Shown piece by piece: positions 27,289 to 31,234 of a DNA stretch of 31,234 nucleotides. Every line of letters starts with the position of its first letter. The first letter of the stretch is position 1. The DNA lies in the IMG/VR virus record IMGVR_UViG_3300030095_000341, positions 1 to 31,234 of that record; one strand, given 5' to 3'. The notes under the pieces are model-generated. The model ran no database searches and had not been told where the DNA came from. It saw nothing but the letters and a program-made list of their open reading frames with translations. The stretch comes from a virus. Taxonomy: Duplodnaviria; Caudoviricetes. The position numbers were made by a program, and so were the translations under genes.

Positions 27289-28151
27289 TGGCCTCTATTA
27301 GAAAGAAACTCGAAGAAAACGCAAACAACAGTAAGAACACTCGCATGGACATTGCTAGTGGAAATATGCTAGGAAACTGGCGACCTGACGAAATCACCCA
27401 CATGACTCGTTACGATAAGATCTCCTCGCTCTGTATCGAAGAAGCAAAAAGACTAGGCAGACCTATCGATGTACTAGAGGCAGGGTGCGGAGAGATATGG
27501 GTTCTCCGAAATTTGTATAAAGCCTACACCGTTAAGAAGTCTGATGTCATTGCATCTTATCGGGGGGTCGATATAGACCCTGCTTGTCTTAACGAGAAAC
27601 AAGGGTACTCTAGCCCCACAGGACTGGTTCAAGACTCTACTTGGTTTAAGAACTTTAATGGACAGATCGATATTCAAGACCTCACCGTTAATCCTGTGTT
27701 CGACTTACCTGACAACTCTATTGATTTCTTCTGGACCACAGAGGTTATCGAACATATGAACCGAGAGTTCATTCAAGCGTGGCTTGATGACGCTAACCGT
27801 GTTTTGAGACCAGGAGGATTAATTTACGTTTCTACACCTAACCACGACGGCTCCAACGATAAGTTGCCTGAAGACCACATATACGAGTGGGGGTTCGAAG
27901 AACTCAAGAAAGAGTTGACCCGATATACTCGAGGATGGTTTTTACAATCTGTAGTTGGTACGTTCGCTCAGATGCCTAAACTAAAAGCAGCTATGAGTAA
28001 AGATAATGAGGACGCTGAGTGGCGGTTGTGGCCCGACCAGTTCGAGCTTCTACAAGAACGCTACGGTAAACAGTTTCTTAGAGTAGTTGCCGCGACTTTC
28101 TTCCCAGAAGTGTCTAACAACTGTGCATGGATATTAAGAAAGAAACCATGA
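27288..28151 (+). CDS. Class I SAM-dependent methyltransferase-fold protein
   Basis: VLEAGCG (motif I), GVDID (II), TEVIEH, LRPGGLIYVSTPN; no PC or (D/N)PPY DNA-MTase motif; ATG at 27288 overlaps the previous stop. Confidence 0.85.
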   Translation: MASIRKKLEENANNSKNTRMDIASGNMLGNWRPDEITHMTRYDKISSLCIEEAKRLGRPIDVLEAGCGEIWVLRNLYKAYTVKKSDVIASYRGVDIDPACLNEKQGYSSPTGLVQDSTWFKNFNGQIDIQDLTVNPVFDLPDNSIDFFWTTEVIEHMNREFIQAWLDDANRVLRPGGLIYVSTPNHDGSNDKLPEDHIYEWGFEELKKELTRYTRGWFLQSVVGTFAQMPKLKAAMSKDNEDAEWRLWPDQFELLQERYGKQFLRVVAATFFPEVSNNCAWILRKKP

Positions 28152-29098
28152 GTAATACACCTTTTATCTCAGAAGAGATTGTTCTCTATCTGTATTGGAT
28201 AGAAGAACGAGAGCGGATTAGAAGAAAGAAAGAAGACGCTAACGCTGACCCGCCTTGGACTGAAGATGAGATTTTCAAGAAGTTCAAGTTCTGCCAAGTC
28301 TTTCGAGAAGACGATAGAACGACTCGCTGGTTCGCTGCTCATATACGCAGACCACTATCTGCCGAACCTGAAGTAGCGATGGCAACGATCATCTTTAGAT
28401 TCTTTAATCTGATTGAGACGGGGAGAACGCTACTAGACCACAATCTACACCTTGAGTGGGATAGAGAGAAAGCGATAGAAGAGGTCAGCAAACAACCTAA
28501 ATGGGTTACAGGAGCCTATATTGTTAAGACTCCTAACCGTATGAACAAGGTCAAAGGCGTTGCTGAATGTGTTTCTCATATCTGGTCTAAACGTGAACAG
28601 CTACTTGCTGCGCTAGAGAGAATGACTACGCTCGAAGAGGCGTGGTTTTTTCTCATGCAGTACCCGTATATTGGCCCTTTCGTTTCGTACGAAATTGTTA
28701 CCGACCTACGACATACCTATCTGTTAAACGAAGCCACAGACATTTGTACTTGGGGTAATCCAGGACCAGGAGCCATGAGAGGGCTAAACAGACTAACAGG
28801 TAGACCACTAGACTTTACTCGTAAAACACATGACTGGCACACAGAGATGCGAATCCTGTACGACATTTGTAAAGAAGAATTAAAAGTTCCTGGAATGACT
28901 GTAGATAGTCCGTATTACCGAATGCCTTTTGAAATGCGAGAGGTGGAAGGAGGACTGTGTGAATTCGATAAATACTCTCGAATCCATAATGGAGAAGGCC
29001 GCACACGAAGCGTGTATGACTACTCTAATACAGAGATGCCGATAATAGAAGATTTAGATAAAGGAGAAAGCAAATGGGTAAACTCAAACAACACGTGA
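28148..29098 (+). CDS. 5-hmdU DNA kinase-like protein (aGPT-Pplase1 family)
   Basis: ERERIR..PPWTEDEI..FKFCQVFREDDR, FRFFN, GAYIV, IGPFVSYEIVTDL, GPGAMRGL, EGGLCEFDKY; ATGA overlap with the MTase stop. Confidence 0.8.
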   Translation: MSNTPFISEEIVLYLYWIEERERIRRKKEDANADPPWTEDEIFKKFKFCQVFREDDRTTRWFAAHIRRPLSAEPEVAMATIIFRFFNLIETGRTLLDHNLHLEWDREKAIEEVSKQPKWVTGAYIVKTPNRMNKVKGVAECVSHIWSKREQLLAALERMTTLEEAWFFLMQYPYIGPFVSYEIVTDLRHTYLLNEATDICTWGNPGPGAMRGLNRLTGRPLDFTRKTHDWHTEMRILYDICKEELKVPGMTVDSPYYRMPFEMREVEGGLCEFDKYSRIHNGEGRTRSVYDYSNTEMPIIEDLDKGESKWVNSNNT

Positions 29099-29310
29099 TG
29101 GAAGGAGAAGAAAGCCACACTGAAAAAGTAATGTTTTATTACGGCAACTTCCTAGTTGGATGTATGGAAGACAGGACGATGCCTAACACGTGGCAGGACG
29201 CTATCAACGCGATACATTGGTCTATGTATTTCGAAGGGAAGGAGATCAGTCGATTGCAGATCGAATATATTCTTAAAGAGAACACGGAGAGTTTATATGA
29301 AGACGATTAG
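29074..29310 (+). CDS. Small hypothetical protein within the modification operon
   Basis: AAAGGAGA RBS; overlaps both neighbouring genes. Confidence 0.65.
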   Translation: MGKLKQHVMEGEESHTEKVMFYYGNFLVGCMEDRTMPNTWQDAINAIHWSMYFEGKEISRLQIEYILKENTESLYEDD

Positions 29311-30364
29311 AGCTAGGAACGTGGATGAAGCTCTTTATTTAGGAGTGGACTTTTTTCGAGGCCCAGAAGGGATCAACTACAGAAAGCAAGAAAGTAGAAA
29401 TGGAATGACAAGAGAAGCCCTTGGACCAGTAGTCACTCACTTCACGAGACCTTGGGAACGTGTTTCATTTCAGAAAGAACGCGATGCAAATCCTTTCTTT
29501 CATTTGTACGAAGCTATCTGGATGTTAGCAGGATCTAAAGAGCTAAAGAAGCTGACTTATTTCAACGCAGGCATGGCTAACTTTTCAGACGATGGGGTGA
29601 CGTTAAACGGTGCTTATGGGTATAGATGGACTAAGACCTTTATGTGGAATCAGATCGACATAATTATAAAAATGCTAAAAGAAGACCCAGACTCTAGGCG
29701 TTGTGTATTACAGATGTGGGACGGTGTGCACGACTTGAACAGTTCGAGTATCGACATACCCTGTAACACAAACATCTATTTCAAAATCCGAGATGGAAAA
29801 TTACAGATGACAGTCTGTAATCGGTCGAACGATATGATTTGGGGAGCTTACGGAGCCAACGCAGTCCATATGTCAATACTGATGGAATACGTTGCCGTTG
29901 CAGTAAACGCCCCGATGGGTTCGTACTACCAGATCAGCGATAGTTTTCACATCTATGAAAATGAACAATGGGACAAGATAAAAGATTTATCAGGTAGAGG
30001 ATTCGGCTCTTGGTTCTCTTCCACCTACCCTTCACCTCACTATCCCTTGGTCTCAGACCCAGCCACATTTACCGATGAGTGTATGCAGTTTATACAAACT
30101 ACTCCTCCTACTCGACGGTCTGGAAACCCAGAAGAGGTGGATGCGTTCTCACCGTCGTTTACTACGGAAACCTATAAGAACACGTTCTTTCCTGACGTGA
30201 TGATACCGATGGTTTCAGCATTTAGAAGCCACAAAGAAAGAAACTACAAGGAGGCTTATGACTTTCTTAAAGAAATTAAAGCACTGGATTGGCAAGAAGC
30301 CGCATTCCATTGGATTAAACGAAGACAACTTAAGTGGGAGAAGAAACATGGGACTGGATCCTAA
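29297..30364 (+). CDS. Thymidylate-synthase-family enzyme, probable dUMP hydroxymethylase
   Basis: GAYGYRW, DPDSRR, DIPCN (catalytic Cys), RSNDMIWGAYGAN, SFHIYE; GGAGAG RBS before the ATG at 29297. Confidence 0.85.
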   Translation: MKTIRARNVDEALYLGVDFFRGPEGINYRKQESRNGMTREALGPVVTHFTRPWERVSFQKERDANPFFHLYEAIWMLAGSKELKKLTYFNAGMANFSDDGVTLNGAYGYRWTKTFMWNQIDIIIKMLKEDPDSRRCVLQMWDGVHDLNSSSIDIPCNTNIYFKIRDGKLQMTVCNRSNDMIWGAYGANAVHMSILMEYVAVAVNAPMGSYYQISDSFHIYENEQWDKIKDLSGRGFGSWFSSTYPSPHYPLVSDPATFTDECMQFIQTTPPTRRSGNPEEVDAFSPSFTTETYKNTFFPDVMIPMVSAFRSHKERNYKEAYDFLKEIKALDWQEAAFHWIKRRQLKWEKKHGTGS

Positions 30365-30698
30365 GTGGCAGGATGTTAAGTCTATTGCGCAGGGGGATAT
30401 ACACAGCCTGATTGAGTCTGAGAAATCGTACGGAGACTCTTGGAGAAGGCGTGGCGGTACTGGTGCTTTTATGATGTTGGCTCGTAAATTCGACCGTATT
30501 GAGCAGCAGAGCAAAGACTGCAATTACGATATTTTCGAAGCGGGAAGTAAGTTTAACGGTGAGGACGGTTTACTAGACGATATAGGGGATCTTAGACGAT
30601 ACCTCTTACTAGTAGAGCATCACATTAGGTACGGCTCTAACGAGCCTATAGAGGAAAAGGTAAGGGATGTCGAGACAGATACCGTTGATTCAGCCTGA
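30348..30698 (+). CDS. Nmad1/MazG-like all-alpha nucleotide-modification-associated protein (possible dNTP pyrophosphatase)
   Basis: KSYGDSW..GG.GAFMMLARKFDR...DDIGDLRRY pattern; GGGAG RBS before the ATG at 30348. Confidence 0.65.
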   Translation: MGLDPKWQDVKSIAQGDIHSLIESEKSYGDSWRRRGGTGAFMMLARKFDRIEQQSKDCNYDIFEAGSKFNGEDGLLDDIGDLRRYLLLVEHHIRYGSNEPIEEKVRDVETDTVDSA

Positions 30699-31234
30699 AA
30701 GTGATTGGGCAGCTCCTGAGACGCTACCTTCGTTTACACCTACTGAGACGATTGCAGTAGACCTTGAGACATACGACCCTGACTTATCGAAGACAGGACC
30801 AGGATGGGCTACAGGAAAAGGATACACGGTAGGTATTGCACTAGCCACTGAAACGTGGTCAGGTTATCTGCCTATACGACACGAGGGCGGTGGTAATTTA
30901 GAAGAAGAACTTGTCCTACGCTGGCTCAAAAACACACTTGAAAACCATAAAGGCACCCTCGTTTTCCACAATGCACTTTACGATGTAGGCTGGCTCAAAC
31001 GAGAGGGGATCGACATAAAGTGTTCTATTAGAGACACGATGTTCGCGGCTCCTTTGTTAGACGAAAACAGAAGATCGTATTCGTTAAACAATCTAGGTAA
31101 GGATTTATTAGCGGAAGAAAAAGACGAAACGCTACTCGAGATGGCAGCGAAAGCGTGGGGAGTAAACGCAAAGAGTGGTATGTGGGCATTGCCTGCTAAA
31201 TATGTTGGGCCATACGCTGAACAAGATGCAGTTC
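30667..31234 (+). CDS. Family A DNA polymerase, N-terminal 3'-5' exonuclease domain (runs off window; not in ORF track)
   Basis: Manual translation MSRQIPLIQPESDW...AVDLET (Exo I)...VFHNALYD (Exo II)...DTMFAAPLLDE..YSL...YAEQDA (Exo III); open to the window end. The polymerase domain itself is outside the window. Confidence 0.85.
   Translation, partial: MSRQIPLIQPESDWAAPETLPSFTPTETIAVDLETYDPDLSKTGPGWATGKGYTVGIALATETWSGYLPIRHEGGGNLEEELVLRWLKNTLENHKGTLVFHNALYDVGWLKREGIDIKCSIRDTMFAAPLLDENRRSYSLNNLGKDLLAEEKDETLLEMAAKAWGVNAKSGMWALPAKYVGPYAEQDAV

Noticed and set aside
27288-28151. Classical restriction-modification DNA methyltransferase
   Set aside because: No PC (m5C) or (D/N/S)PP(Y/F) (m6A/m4C) catalytic motif and no cognate endonuclease nearby.
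29156-29296. N-terminal extension of the TS-family ORF given in the ORF track (similarly the 6256, 6620, 28127 and 30258 starts)
   Set aside because: These overlap upstream genes; the downstream ATGs have an RBS, a stop-start overlap or a proper signal peptide.

Overview
A gene-dense fragment of a dsDNA bacteriophage genome. The virion module is podovirus-like and a two-component spanin pair implies a Gram-negative host. Left to right: (1) a 5'-truncated tail fibre made of 17-aa repeats with a C-terminal S74-type chaperone, followed by a 2OG-Fe(II) oxygenase; (2) small membrane proteins and a lysis cassette (EF-hand membrane protein, i-/o-spanin, lysozyme); (3) a probable tail tube/stabilisation protein and several putative internal virion (ejection) proteins; (4) a lone minus-strand SNF2-type helicase and an AT-rich divergent control region; (5) a replication module (SSB-like protein, AEP primase, UvrD-like helicase); (6) a putative operon with its own promoter-like element, encoding a pyrimidine-dimer-glycosylase-like protein, a class I SAM methyltransferase, a 5-hmdU DNA kinase-like (aGPT-Pplase1) protein, a dUMP hydroxymethylase-like enzyme, an Nmad1/MazG-like protein and a family A DNA polymerase (3'-truncated). 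Two signals stand out. First, a thymine-hypermodification cassette in which a SAM transferase is coupled to the kinase gene while no amino-acid:DNA transferase is visible in the window, suggesting a possibly undescribed modified base. Second, an in-phase lambda-type GGGAAAG slippery site predicting a hidden -1 frameshift product in the lysis/membrane gene cluster. All family assignments are by motif recognition only; no searches were run.
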